Positions 10,235-20,046 of a stretch of 27,674 nucleotides of DNA are shown piece by piece (position 1 is the first letter of the stretch; each line of letters opens with the position of its first letter). The notes beneath the pieces are model-generated. The model searched no databases and was not told where the DNA came from. It was given only the letters and a program-made list of their open reading frames with translations. The DNA comes from a virus (Duplodnaviria; Caudoviricetes). Position numbers and translations under genes: made by a program. The DNA is taken from the IMG/VR virus record IMGVR_UViG_3300031519_000171, positions 1-27,674 of that record. One strand, written 5' to 3'.

Positions 10235-12400
10235 TTACAAAGTGTCGCGTTTATGTATTGCTTTAGATGCAGTTACCAAAATAGTAGATAGGATTTCTGC
10301 TTCGCTCATTTTATCTGGTAATTTATTGTTAAGGCCAATAAGATTATTTTGTACGGCGTTAATATCCATACCAGAGTCTACAAGCATTAGTGCGTATCTA
10401 ATGTATTGATTACTACGATTGCCTGTAGCAGTATTATCAATAAACCATCTTTCAACATTATTGAGAGATTGTTGATCGTTAATAATTTTCTTTCTTTCTT
10501 CATTTTTAGAAGTCTTTGGTATGAATAAAAGAGAGTCTAGTAACTTGCCTGAGTTATAAGCATGTTTACCATTAAATGTTTGCCATTTTCTAGAGCGTTG
10601 ATTAGTTTGTTTATCAACATCAAAAGGAAGCCATTCAAATATGTTATTCATAAATTCTTTGAACTCATTAGCATCTAGTTTTAGTGTATGAGACATTGGA
10701 AGCAGTACTCTAAATCTGTTAGCTGCATCTGTATGTCTTTTTGTAGTGTATATTAATGAAGTGTAGTCTTTTAAAAGTAACTGGACTGTGTCCATACTTA
10801 CACCATCATCAATGTCTAATACTACCATATTGAAGCCAGAAATAACATGATCTTCTTTACGATAATTGTCGTATAAATGATGAGAAACCCAATGATAATT
10901 AGGCAATTGTGTAAGCGTATGAAGCTTATCAAATGGAACATATTCACATTTGTAATTTTCTGCTAACTGAGTGCCGTAAGAAATAACCATTTTGGTTGTG
11001 TCAGTTTCTTTAAGAGCTTCGCCAATTAGAAACTCTATACCATCTGTAATGCTTTTCTTAATAATGATATTGTTTTTGTAACCATAAGCAATAGCCAAAG
11101 TCATCATCTCTCGTTTTTGATTTTCACTGCCTTTATAAAAAGGTAGGTCTTCAACCATATCAACGTGAGTAACTTCTCTGCCAATATGTGCAATGTAATT
11201 TGCAAGTTTAGTGTAGTTACGTTCTCTGGTTAACAAAGATTCAAATGCTTTGCCTGAATCCTCAACTATCTTAATAGCATTATATAGGTGATCTTCAGTT
11301 AGATTTGGACTGTTATCAATAAAGGCATATGTACCTGCTAACTTTAGTGTTTTAAAGTATCTATGTGCTACTTCTGCTTTACGAATTTCTTCATGATCTG
11401 ATAATCCATTGGCTAGTCTTTCGCAAGCAATTTTATACTCAATTAATAATAAGCTAACGCTTTTATCAATATCTATTGTTGTACCAAAATAAGATGGATG
11501 AGCTAAATTACCTAGGTCATTAGATAAAGTCTGCAAGAAAGTATTTGCAGTATTATCTGTAAGCATATCATAGATTTCTTCGGGAGTTAGTGAAGTATTT
11601 CTAGTGGATGATTTAACATATCCAAAAAGACATCTGCGTGCATAACCGGTTTCTAACATAGCGTAGAATTCTTCTTCTACTCTGCCGCCGTTAAGCAACT
11701 TAGCAGGAGTACCGAAGAGCATCATATTTGTTGGTGTTTTACCATCAATTTCCTCGCCTCGAAGATTGTCTGCAGTGTTTTTAGTTAGCTTTTGTTTTAC
11801 TTTACCAACGTCAAACAATTCTAAGAATGTATTTAGTACATCAATATTGCCTAAAAGATTAGAGCCAATCTCATCGATCTCCATATTCATAGAGCCGCAG
11901 TTTGACATTAAAAGTTTTTGTCGCATTTGTTTTACAGCTGCAGTTGTGCCACTATCAAATGAGAATGCAAAATTACCTAGAAGTTCAAATTCCTTGGTTG
12001 TTCTAAGTAATTCTTCACTTTCGTCAACATTTTTTTTAATAGCTCTTTTGATAGCAAGTTTGCTAAGATTAGCTTCACTCATTTTTGGAAAAGTTTCTTC
12101 TAAGAATCTTTCTTTAAATGTATTAATAACTTGTTCCTCAACAATGTTAGTTGAATGGCCTTTACCTTCGCCTGAATAAGCTAAGTTAAGGGCATAACAA
12201 TTAACAGGTATTTTGCCTCTATCATGAGTATTTACAGATGCACGCATCATAGAAGCTACTTTAGTAAGATAGTAAGAAACCATTACATGAAAAAACAATC
12301 TGTTAGTGCTTTGTGTTTTTTGGCACAATACATCCACTAGCTTATCAGCTATTGGATGATAGTCCATTGCGTCATATGACTTCATTTTATTTCCATTCAA
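10235..12400 (-). CDS. DNA primase (N4 gp43-like; N-terminal P-loop domain plus C-terminal AEP/PriCT-like domain)
   Basis: 721 aa; SGEGKGHS, EIDEIGSNL, and C-terminal VLDIDDG...YTTKRH...RFRV AEP-like motifs followed by GNRSNQ. True start may be the Met a few codons in. Confidence 0.9.
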   Translation of the reverse strand: MNGNKMKSYDAMDYHPIADKLVDVLCQKTQSTNRLFFHVMVSYYLTKVASMMRASVNTHDRGKIPVNCYALNLAYSGEGKGHSTNIVEEQVINTFKERFLEETFPKMSEANLSKLAIKRAIKKNVDESEELLRTTKEFELLGNFAFSFDSGTTAAVKQMRQKLLMSNCGSMNMEIDEIGSNLLGNIDVLNTFLELFDVGKVKQKLTKNTADNLRGEEIDGKTPTNMMLFGTPAKLLNGGRVEEEFYAMLETGYARRCLFGYVKSSTRNTSLTPEEIYDMLTDNTANTFLQTLSNDLGNLAHPSYFGTTIDIDKSVSLLLIEYKIACERLANGLSDHEEIRKAEVAHRYFKTLKLAGTYAFIDNSPNLTEDHLYNAIKIVEDSGKAFESLLTRERNYTKLANYIAHIGREVTHVDMVEDLPFYKGSENQKREMMTLAIAYGYKNNIIIKKSITDGIEFLIGEALKETDTTKMVISYGTQLAENYKCEYVPFDKLHTLTQLPNYHWVSHHLYDNYRKEDHVISGFNMVVLDIDDGVSMDTVQLLLKDYTSLIYTTKRHTDAANRFRVLLPMSHTLKLDANEFKEFMNNIFEWLPFDVDKQTNQRSRKWQTFNGKHAYNSGKLLDSLLFIPKTSKNEERKKIINDQQSLNNVERWFIDNTATGNRSNQYIRYALMLVDSGMDINAVQNNLIGLNNKLPDKMSEAEILSTILVTASKAIHKRDTL

Positions 12401-12743
12401 AATATGCGTAGCCTGTTGCTAAAGAATCTCTTTCAATACGACCTTGCCATACACGGGCAATAGTAGATCTTGATTTATTAGTTCCCATTTGTTTATTAAC
12501 TTCCTGTACAAGGTCTTGAACAGTTACCATTGGAAGTCCTTTTTCTTTTGCAGTAAGATTATATCTCACTCTTTCAGTATGCATATGCATAATAAAATCA
12601 AAAGTATATTGAGTAAATGGGGTTGTATCTGATTGTTTACGAGGAGAAACTGAAGTTTTACGACTTAGCTTCACATTTTGAAATAAAGAATGTCCGAGTA
12701 GCGCCGCTGTACTAGACAGCAGATTATTAAAATACATTTTCAT
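12387..12743 (-). CDS. Hypothetical protein, possible C-terminal helix-turn-helix
   Basis: 118 aa with AAGGA RBS; overlaps the primase start; VQDLVQEVNKQMGTNKSRSTIARVW looks HTH-like. Confidence 0.65.
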   Translation of the reverse strand: MKMYFNNLLSSTAALLGHSLFQNVKLSRKTSVSPRKQSDTTPFTQYTFDFIMHMHTERVRYNLTAKEKGLPMVTVQDLVQEVNKQMGTNKSRSTIARVWQGRIERDSLATGYAYFEWK

Positions 12744-12758
12744 AGTATTATCCTTAAG

Positions 12759-13736
12759 TTACATTTTTAATGAGCCATCTGCGATATAATTGTCTTTTTG
12801 TTTACAGACATCAAATGCATCACAATATAGGCATCTTTTTACTTCGCCGGGGACTGTTACTACTTCGCCAACGCCGCCATCTGCAGCTAATCTACTAATG
12901 GCATCCCCATGCACGGCAAAGTTCTTAGTGCTTCGGGCTTTTTTAGCAGGATTCTTATAATATTTATGCATTGGAGCGGTTCTCCAAAGTTCTTCTTCTG
13001 TACAAGGTGGAATATCTTCTTCTGGACTAGTCCAATATTGTTCCATAGCATTAAGCTTGTCTACAATATATCTTTGTGTGTCTGCTAGAGATAACAAAGG
13101 TAACTCTACTGCCATTATTTTACTTATAGGGTAAGTTTTATCTGTTTTGGCTTGCATAGCTTTCCAATCTGTAAATACATATTGTATAAGCATAGTGTCA
13201 TTTGTAATTACATCTGGGTTAAGCCATCTGTATATACTTCCTTGCATTGCAAATTTTTCATTGTTGGTTTTATTTACGTATGTATAAGTGCTTGTAGATT
13301 TAATATCTTCTAGCTTGCCATTAAATACAATGTCATATTTGCCTGAAATTGTGTAATTCCCTATTTTCTTATGAGCACGTTGCTCAAGATATACAGGAAT
13401 TGCGTCAGGAGCTTGTTTTAAGCCCTCTGGAGATGGGTTAACGATAATTCTGTTAGCGATACTGTCTGGAAGACCTACCTTACGTAAAAGAGGGGCTACA
13501 TCTCCTGTCCAAGCATTTTCCACACTATCATGAATAGCTGTACCTATTCTACTAGCGGCTAACACATTTACATTTGTTAATCCTGGTTCAGATTTAACTC
13601 GTCCAGTTAATATAATTTGTTTAATAGAGTTTAATAAACCAGTGGCGCTTATTGTTAAAGGATCGTTGTTATGATCGTATGTATCGTTAGCTAACCACAC
13701 TTGCATAGAAAGTGTTATATCAGATGATAAATTCAT
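12759..13736 (-). CDS. PD-(D/E)XK exonuclease-like protein (N4 gp42-like)
   Basis: ISAT.L, GTAIHD, E.R, SGKYD...EDIKST, Q.SIY motifs and C-terminal C..C.....C cluster. Confidence 0.85.
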   Translation of the reverse strand: MNLSSDITLSMQVWLANDTYDHNNDPLTISATGLLNSIKQIILTGRVKSEPGLTNVNVLAASRIGTAIHDSVENAWTGDVAPLLRKVGLPDSIANRIIVNPSPEGLKQAPDAIPVYLEQRAHKKIGNYTISGKYDIVFNGKLEDIKSTSTYTYVNKTNNEKFAMQGSIYRWLNPDVITNDTMLIQYVFTDWKAMQAKTDKTYPISKIMAVELPLLSLADTQRYIVDKLNAMEQYWTSPEEDIPPCTEEELWRTAPMHKYYKNPAKKARSTKNFAVHGDAISRLAADGGVGEVVTVPGEVKRCLYCDAFDVCKQKDNYIADGSLKM

Positions 13737-13745
13737 AGTAATTCC

Positions 13746-14174
13746 TTAATTGTCAAACCAAAAAATTATGCGTGAATTTTCGGGTGAATGGTGGTTATTT
13801 TTGTCAGATGTATTAAATAAATTTAATATATGATTTAAGCCATTTAATACATAATAGCCTTCTTTTTCAGGGATAAGAGCAAACTCCATTATATATTGTT
13901 TTATCTCATTTAGGTAAATAAACGACTCTGAATGAGCATCATCAGCCCAATATTTTTTGTAAAAATCATGTGTGCCATCAGCTATATCAGAGGGTAATCC
14001 TAAAAGTGGTAAACTGTCATATCTTTCTTTTCTGACTCCAGCTAAAAACCCAAATAAATCATAATTTCTTGGGATAAAGATTTCACTTGCAATACCATTT
14101 TCTGATGAGTAATTATTGCAATACCAAGAGTTATCTACTTTATGTTCAACAAAACAATGAATGTCACATCCCAT
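13746..14174 (-). CDS. Conserved phage hypothetical protein (MGCDIH...WFDN type)
   Basis: MGCDIH, RNYDLFGFLAGVR, GLP.D, D.HS and WFDN pattern typical of an uncharacterised phage family; start overlaps the polymerase stop. Confidence 0.75.
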   Translation of the reverse strand: MGCDIHCFVEHKVDNSWYCNNYSSENGIASEIFIPRNYDLFGFLAGVRKERYDSLPLLGLPSDIADGTHDFYKKYWADDAHSESFIYLNEIKQYIMEFALIPEKEGYYVLNGLNHILNLFNTSDKNNHHSPENSRIIFWFDN

Positions 14175-16722
14175 TATTTTTCTCCTGAATAATATGTTTA
14201 ATAGTTGATTTTGTAATTTTGTTAGGCAAAGTATAATTTTGATTCCAACTTGGATAGAATATATCTACTTCTCCACCTAACTTTACAGTAGGGTGTTTAA
14301 GTTCTGGCAAGTCTTGCCATTCCATACATTCAATAAGATTGTCATTAAACCACTTAACGACACCGTAGGTGTCTCTTACTATAAAGTATAGTGCATCATG
14401 AATCTGAGCTATTGGCATAATATCCAGTGCGTGTTTAGAATTTAATGTTCTGTTTTGAAATTCTATACCTGCCCTATTAGTTAATAAGCCATAACTCTGT
14501 CCTAAAGAGTTACCAGCAGTTCTACTTTCTGCTCTGGCTTCTTTGGGTGTAGATTTTTTATTTAAATAGGTCTGAGATAGAATAGGTGTGCGCACTCTAA
14601 GTCCAAAAGCTACAGTAACGTGACCGTCTATTGTTGCTTGGTCTAGTTTAGAAGCTACCCATGCATCAGACACTTTATAAAGTTCATGATAATTAGTGTC
14701 TATTCGGTATGCTTCTTTAGCTGACAGTCCTACATTATCCATTAAGCCGAAAATAGTACCTCCGTAAGTCAATAGAAAAGTAGGGGCTTTAGAGGCTTGT
14801 CTAAGTTTAGGATATTTTTTAGCTATGCTGTTGATGCTAGTGACTGTATCTACGATGCCTGTCATTTGATCACCAAAATAACTATAAGCTCTAAGGCAAT
14901 GACCATCATAACCATCAGTATAAACTTTTAATTTATTAGGGTCTTTGGTTGTCAGTGCTGATATTCTATCTTCTAAAGATGCAAAGTCAGCACCCATCAT
15001 TAACCATCCTGGAGGTGCTTTAAAGCAGCCTTTAATATATTTAGCATAAATAGTTCCAGTGCTTGGAATGTTTTGTAAGTTTGGGTCTGAGCTTGAAAGC
15101 CTGCCACTAACTACAACACCTAAGTTAAAGTTCCCATACATATAGTAAAAGTTATCAGTTTTTTGAGCACTTTTAGCATAGAAATTTTTAATAAAATTAT
15201 TAAGAATAATAGAAACTTCTTGTAACCCAACTAAAGCTGTAAGAATTGCTGTATGTTCAGAATTTTTTGCTTTAAGTAATAGCTTTTTAATTGTTTTAGC
15301 ACCAACACCTGGCTCCCCGGTCTTAGTAAGATCAAGCTTTTCATACTCCATAATATCGTACAAAAGTTTTCTTGTCTGAAGATTGCTTGCTGGGTTGTAA
15401 GTGATGTCATTGAAATCTTCAAGAGGTTTGACTTTGACTTTCAGAAGTGCATTTTTTTTAACACATTCTTCTTTACGTAAATGTGTAATAAAATCTTTAA
15501 TTAAATTTGTTTGAAACAAAGATTGAGTAAAAGTTTTTTGAATGTTGGTTAGATCATGTTGACTAACTTTAACCTCTTCAATGTCTATAGGCATTCCTAC
15601 TAATTCCATTTGAAGAAGATTTTTAACACTAGGCATTAAAACATTATTGTACACGTTTTCTTGCTGATCTTTTACAAGAATAGGCCAATATTTATTTTTG
15701 ACATACCACGTAGATAAACAGTCAATTAAATTATACTGAAGTAAAACGTCATTATCAATTAATGTAATGTCTTTAATATCATCTTGAGCATAGTTACCAG
15801 CAAATTCTTGAGATAACTCTTTTAAACTACGGCTCAAACGAGTGGTACTATTTGTAGCGCAGTAAGCTATTATTTTAGTGTCATGAATGGATCGAGTCAT
15901 TACTTCCAGACCTTTAATCATAGCAGAATAATTAATACCATCTGCTTTCATCCATAACTCATAAATAAGCACTTTAATATCATAACTAGCATTATGAAAT
16001 ATTAGCGTGCCTTTATAGTTTGTAAAAAATTGTTTAAGTTTTTTATAGACTTTTATTTTTTGAGAGCCGTCTGTACGGAAAGCTATTCCATTATTTTCAT
16101 TCCATGCAAAAGCAATAGTGCCTAGCTTTGCATCAGGAAGAAATAACGAAAAAGTTTCAATGTCACAAACAAGTTCTTTGTATTGATGTAATTTATCAAT
16201 AGCTAAGGAAATATCTTCAAAAGTAGTTGGGTAGTGTGCTGAATGGATTATTGAAGCACCGGGAGATAAATACAAGCCCGCTAATTGTTGCTGTACAGTA
16301 TTTAAAGAAGAATCAAGTTTTTCTTTTAATGTTGGATTATAGAATAATGCTTTGTAATTAATACCAAGAACAACTTTTATATGTTCAAACCCTTTAATTG
16401 CACAATCCATTACATAGCCATGATGAGGATCTGCTTTTCTTTGTTTTGTAAGAGTTTTAAAATAAGCTGAATCACAGACATAAAGAATCTTTACGTCCAA
16501 GTTATCAGCTGCTTTTAATACGTTTTGTAAATGCTTTTTAATAAGAGTGACTGGAGCTTTATCATTGATGTCATACTTTAAGCTTAACGCTATAAAATCT
16601 TCTGGTGGAATAGACGAATTATTTAGATATTCTTTTCTTAATTCTTTTTCTTTAAAAGCGATATCTTTTATAAGAATAGCTACTTTAAATGAAGTATTTT
16701 CTTCAAATATTATGTGCCTCAT
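14164..16722 (-). CDS. DNA polymerase, family A (N4 gp39-like)
   Basis: 3'-5' exonuclease motifs CDIET, FHNASYD, YNLID; SGRLSS..PNLQNIP; motif A ADFASLE; motif B RQASKAPTFLLTYGG; motif C QIHDA. Confidence 0.96.
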   Translation of the reverse strand: MRHIIFEENTSFKVAILIKDIAFKEKELRKEYLNNSSIPPEDFIALSLKYDINDKAPVTLIKKHLQNVLKAADNLDVKILYVCDSAYFKTLTKQRKADPHHGYVMDCAIKGFEHIKVVLGINYKALFYNPTLKEKLDSSLNTVQQQLAGLYLSPGASIIHSAHYPTTFEDISLAIDKLHQYKELVCDIETFSLFLPDAKLGTIAFAWNENNGIAFRTDGSQKIKVYKKLKQFFTNYKGTLIFHNASYDIKVLIYELWMKADGINYSAMIKGLEVMTRSIHDTKIIAYCATNSTTRLSRSLKELSQEFAGNYAQDDIKDITLIDNDVLLQYNLIDCLSTWYVKNKYWPILVKDQQENVYNNVLMPSVKNLLQMELVGMPIDIEEVKVSQHDLTNIQKTFTQSLFQTNLIKDFITHLRKEECVKKNALLKVKVKPLEDFNDITYNPASNLQTRKLLYDIMEYEKLDLTKTGEPGVGAKTIKKLLLKAKNSEHTAILTALVGLQEVSIILNNFIKNFYAKSAQKTDNFYYMYGNFNLGVVVSGRLSSSDPNLQNIPSTGTIYAKYIKGCFKAPPGWLMMGADFASLEDRISALTTKDPNKLKVYTDGYDGHCLRAYSYFGDQMTGIVDTVTSINSIAKKYPKLRQASKAPTFLLTYGGTIFGLMDNVGLSAKEAYRIDTNYHELYKVSDAWVASKLDQATIDGHVTVAFGLRVRTPILSQTYLNKKSTPKEARAESRTAGNSLGQSYGLLTNRAGIEFQNRTLNSKHALDIMPIAQIHDALYFIVRDTYGVVKWFNDNLIECMEWQDLPELKHPTVKLGGEVDIFYPSWNQNYTLPNKITKSTIKHIIQEKNNGM
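14359..14373 (+). promoter_or_regulatory. Intragenic triloop hairpin GACACC-GTA-GGTGTC
   Basis: Perfect 6-bp stem with CC-GTA-GG core near the 3' end of the polymerase gene, ~185 nt upstream of the next gene. Confidence 0.4.
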
Positions 16723-16723
16723 T

Positions 16724-17101
16724 TTAATATAAATCTCTCATTATGTTAGGGGGTAAATCAAGTGATACATTAACTTGAATGTCAAATTCAAAAGGCTCGC
16801 CTCTTTTTTCAATATCATCGTCATGTTCGCCTAATCTGACAAAAGCATATAAAATTTCTTGTTCATCTAAATGATCCATAAAAGTTTGAATTTGTTGAAT
16901 TTCTGGATAGCTGTCATACCATTTTAAGCCAGAGCATGTAAAAAAAATTATTTCAGAATTAGTTTCGTATCCCAATTCACCAAGGTTTTTTTTAAAAACT
17001 TTTGAATTTTTAAGTAAATTTGGAAACACATTTTCTAACACGCTTGAGGCAAAATAATCTTTTTGATATATAGCAAAGACAACGTCTGACCTATATCCCA
17101 T
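16724..17101 (-). CDS. Conserved phage hypothetical protein (MGYRSDV...KWYDSY...RLGE type)
   Basis: 125 aa, tightly packed with both neighbours. Confidence 0.75.
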   Translation of the reverse strand: MGYRSDVVFAIYQKDYFASSVLENVFPNLLKNSKVFKKNLGELGYETNSEIIFFTCSGLKWYDSYPEIQQIQTFMDHLDEQEILYAFVRLGEHDDDIEKRGEPFEFDIQVNVSLDLPPNIMRDLY

Positions 17102-17633
17102 CTGTTAAAATCTTTCCCATTAAATATTGTTTAAACAAATCTACCATTTTACGATTTTTAATTAAAAAATTACCTCTAATACTTTCCTTTAGTCTAGGTT
17201 CTTCGCTAACATAAATGTACTTAGTCTCATCACGTAAATTTGTGTGATATGCCGGAGGCGTAAGTGCTAATACATCACCAAATGTTTCTGCTATAACAAA
17301 AACGTCTCTTAAATAAAGAACTATGCTTTTTTTGTCTTTTTCCAGTTCTGACTTATTATCAATTAATTGATTCATTTTAAAATGATATTCTTTTGGAAGC
17401 TCTACACGTTTATCCCAAGATCGGTAAAGATTACTTACTTTATCGTAAACTTTTCCTTGATAAAAAAATCCACATAAATAAGGAGTTGAAGTGAATCTTA
17501 AATCTTCTCTTAATATACTATTTATAAATTTTTCTGTATTTTTTTGATTAAGAGCAAAATCTTCTGAAAGAATTTTTTCAGATAAAGATAAATGGATATC
17601 ATATCCTATCTGTTGATCTAATCTAACTGCCAT
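17091..17633 (-). CDS. Hypothetical protein (position of N4 gp38)
   Basis: 180 aa between helicase and polymerase; overlaps both neighbours by 11 nt. Confidence 0.75.
   Translation of the reverse strand: MAVRLDQQIGYDIHLSLSEKILSEDFALNQKNTEKFINSILREDLRFTSTPYLCGFFYQGKVYDKVSNLYRSWDKRVELPKEYHFKMNQLIDNKSELEKDKKSIVLYLRDVFVIAETFGDVLALTPPAYHTNLRDETKYIYVSEEPRLKESIRGNFLIKNRKMVDLFKQYLMGKILTDGI
17248..17262 (+). promoter_or_regulatory. Intragenic triloop hairpin TATGCC-GGA-GGCGTA
   Basis: Same GCCGGAGGC core as the intergenic copies; lies upstream of the DNA polymerase genes. Confidence 0.5.
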
Positions 17634-18909
17634 GATTTATACTTCCATATTTTGGAGGTAAGTTTCCATAAAGAATGACTTGTTTAGACGCTCTTGAAAT
17701 AGCAACATGAAGTAATCTAGCTACAACATTAGGTTGATGACATCGACTAATATCGTCTAAATCTATAAATACTTTGTTATAAGTAGAGCCTTGAGCTTTA
17801 TGTATTGTTGATGCGTGAATAGGTCTAAGATCAGCAAAAAAATCTTGGATAGAAAAATATTTTGACCAGTCCTTAGTTTCTTTAGCTTTTATTGCAGCTT
17901 GCTTTACAAGAAGTTTAATCATTTGTGGATCTTTAGGCTGAAAAACATGTGTTTCATTACTAAGTGTGATCCACCAACCAGGTATGTCGTGTTCTTCTCC
18001 TGCAGTAATAGAAGAAACTATGGCTGCTTGTTCAGTGTGATAAGCCGTGCGACCATTTCTTCCTAATATAGGTTTGTTAGTTATAACTTTTTCTCCAACC
18101 TCAAATGCTTCAAATGAAGTATGTAGTCCTCGAACATAAGAGTTATAAGCACGTACTTTAACATTGCTCCAAGCCATTATCTTAGCGTGATTTTCATGAA
18201 GATTACGAGCATGTAAAAATTCGTAATTTATCTCATCTCTAAAAGATTCGCCATTACAATGTTTAATGTTTTTATCATCAATATTTATTACAGGAAATAC
18301 ACCTGTATCAATGGCATTTCTATAGCCTGTTGCAAGAGTATCTATTGGACCTCCGGGAGTAAATCTTTGTGAGTTAGTTAAAATTCCCTGAAGTTTTATA
18401 TCTTTAAATACAGGGCTAATAGTTTCATGAACTGAAGTAAGTTGATATGGATCTCCAATATGAACCACTTTGCAATTCATTGTTGAACTTCTAATTGTAT
18501 GTAATAAGTGAGTGTCTTCTTGACTTGCTTCATCAATAAAAACAACACTGTCTTCAACAACAGCATAATTGCTTGTTTTTTTTAAAGACGTTTTGCCTGT
18601 AAATAAATTATTAGTAACTTTTAAGCCAAGCAAAGCGTGAATTGTTTGAGCAGGTTCGCCTGTAAAGTCGGCTAAAACTCTAGCAGCTTTATTAGTAGTA
18701 GCCGTACAATGAATTTTTACTCCTGAACTTCCAGGAGATAATAAATGAGTGAGAGTATTAGACTTACGGAGTAAATCTATAAGATGTTTAGTTAAGTAAC
18801 TTTTGCCACAGCCAGGAGATCCTAAAATAACCATCTCTTTTTCATGTGGTGTAGATACAAATTTCATAAACATATCAGCAACTGATTGCTGATCGATAGA
18901 TAAAGGCAT
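17623..18909 (-). CDS. SF1B Dda/RecD-like DNA helicase (N4 gp37-like)
   Basis: GSPGCGKS, ATTNKAA, TIHALL, IDEAS, GDPYQL, TIHKAQGST, VAISRA. Confidence 0.93.
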   Translation of the reverse strand: MPLSIDQQSVADMFMKFVSTPHEKEMVILGSPGCGKSYLTKHLIDLLRKSNTLTHLLSPGSSGVKIHCTATTNKAARVLADFTGEPAQTIHALLGLKVTNNLFTGKTSLKKTSNYAVVEDSVVFIDEASQEDTHLLHTIRSSTMNCKVVHIGDPYQLTSVHETISPVFKDIKLQGILTNSQRFTPGGPIDTLATGYRNAIDTGVFPVINIDDKNIKHCNGESFRDEINYEFLHARNLHENHAKIMAWSNVKVRAYNSYVRGLHTSFEAFEVGEKVITNKPILGRNGRTAYHTEQAAIVSSITAGEEHDIPGWWITLSNETHVFQPKDPQMIKLLVKQAAIKAKETKDWSKYFSIQDFFADLRPIHASTIHKAQGSTYNKVFIDLDDISRCHQPNVVARLLHVAISRASKQVILYGNLPPKYGSINHGS

Positions 18910-18918
18910 TAATATTCC

Positions 18919-20046
18919 TTAATATTTTAAATCATAATGAATTAAAGTACCAAAATTAACTTGAGCACTCTTATTATTTACTGAGATCCATACTACAGGA
19001 TAGCCTGGATCTTCTATAATCTTTGAACAATATAAATCACTAAATATAATTAAAACAGTTGGTTTGTTTTTTTTATAATGATCAAAGATAGGTTGTAAGT
19101 TTGTGCCACCGCCTCCGTTGAATACAACAGTGTTATCCATACTGTCTTCTTTTTTAAGAGAATAAACATTATTAATTTGTGTATCAAAATCAATAATAGT
19201 TGTTAAGACAGGATTGACTAATTCTCGCATATATTTTGTTTCACCATAATAAGCAGAGAATTCTTCATTAGATACAGAAGCACTAGCATCAAATGCTAAA
19301 GCTAATTCATTCATACTTTCACCGTGAAGTCCGGGTAAAAAGAAATCTGGAAAAAATCTACGATTAGGGGTGCGGAAACTAAAGTCTGTTTTATCAAAAG
19401 CAGTCATGTAATTCATAAGAATAGTAAACCAATCTAACTTTGGATTAGTAAGCTCGTCTATCATTCTTTGTATATCTCCGGGAATTGTTCCCGATTCATC
19501 ACCTCTTATTTTAGATTGTTGAGCAGCTTTCATAATAATTTGTTTAATGTTTAGCTTTTTTTGAGCAATTTCCATATCGCTTGCTGATTCATCATCAATT
19601 GGAATAATATCACAATCGTAATCTTCAGGCAAAGAATCAGGAAGTGCGTCATAAACTTCTTCTGTAGACATATGTCTATACTGATCATCAATGTAAGCGC
19701 CGTCAGGTAAAATAAACCCAGCGTCTACTAACATTATGTTAATTACATAATCAGCAGCTATATTGTATTTTTGTTTATCAAAAGATCTTCCTCTATCTAC
19801 ATGGCTAAAAGCCACGTGCCATGCTTCATGTGCAAGTAAACCTATTTGTTCATCAGAAGTAAGATTTGAAAAGAAATCTGGATTAATAATAAGCTTTTCA
19901 CCATCTGTACCTGCAGTTGGAAGGCCCTTGTCCCAGCTTTGTTTTAAAGAAAATAAGATAGTACATATAAAAGCACTACTTTGTTTAGTCATGATGCCTA
20001 TTTTAGCTTTATTAAGCAGTTGATCTAATTCTTTTTGGGTTTCCAT
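18919..20046 (-). CDS. HExxH metallopeptidase-like plus vWA domain protein (N4 gp25-like)
   Basis: TAGTDG, AHEAWH, NIAADYVIN; vWA MIDAS-like DASAS, GGGGT and FSD. Confidence 0.88.
   Translation of the reverse strand: METQKELDQLLNKAKIGIMTKQSSAFICTILFSLKQSWDKGLPTAGTDGEKLIINPDFFSNLTSDEQIGLLAHEAWHVAFSHVDRGRSFDKQKYNIAADYVINIMLVDAGFILPDGAYIDDQYRHMSTEEVYDALPDSLPEDYDCDIIPIDDESASDMEIAQKKLNIKQIIMKAAQQSKIRGDESGTIPGDIQRMIDELTNPKLDWFTILMNYMTAFDKTDFSFRTPNRRFFPDFFLPGLHGESMNELALAFDASASVSNEEFSAYYGETKYMRELVNPVLTTIIDFDTQINNVYSLKKEDSMDNTVVFNGGGGTNLQPIFDHYKKNKPTVLIIFSDLYCSKIIEDPGYPVVWISVNNKSAQVNFGTLIHYDLKY

Noticed and set aside
14164-16722. Intein or intron in DNA polymerase (also checked primase and helicase)
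   Set aside because: Continuous ORFs of normal length with normally spaced motifs; no splice or homing-endonuclease signatures.
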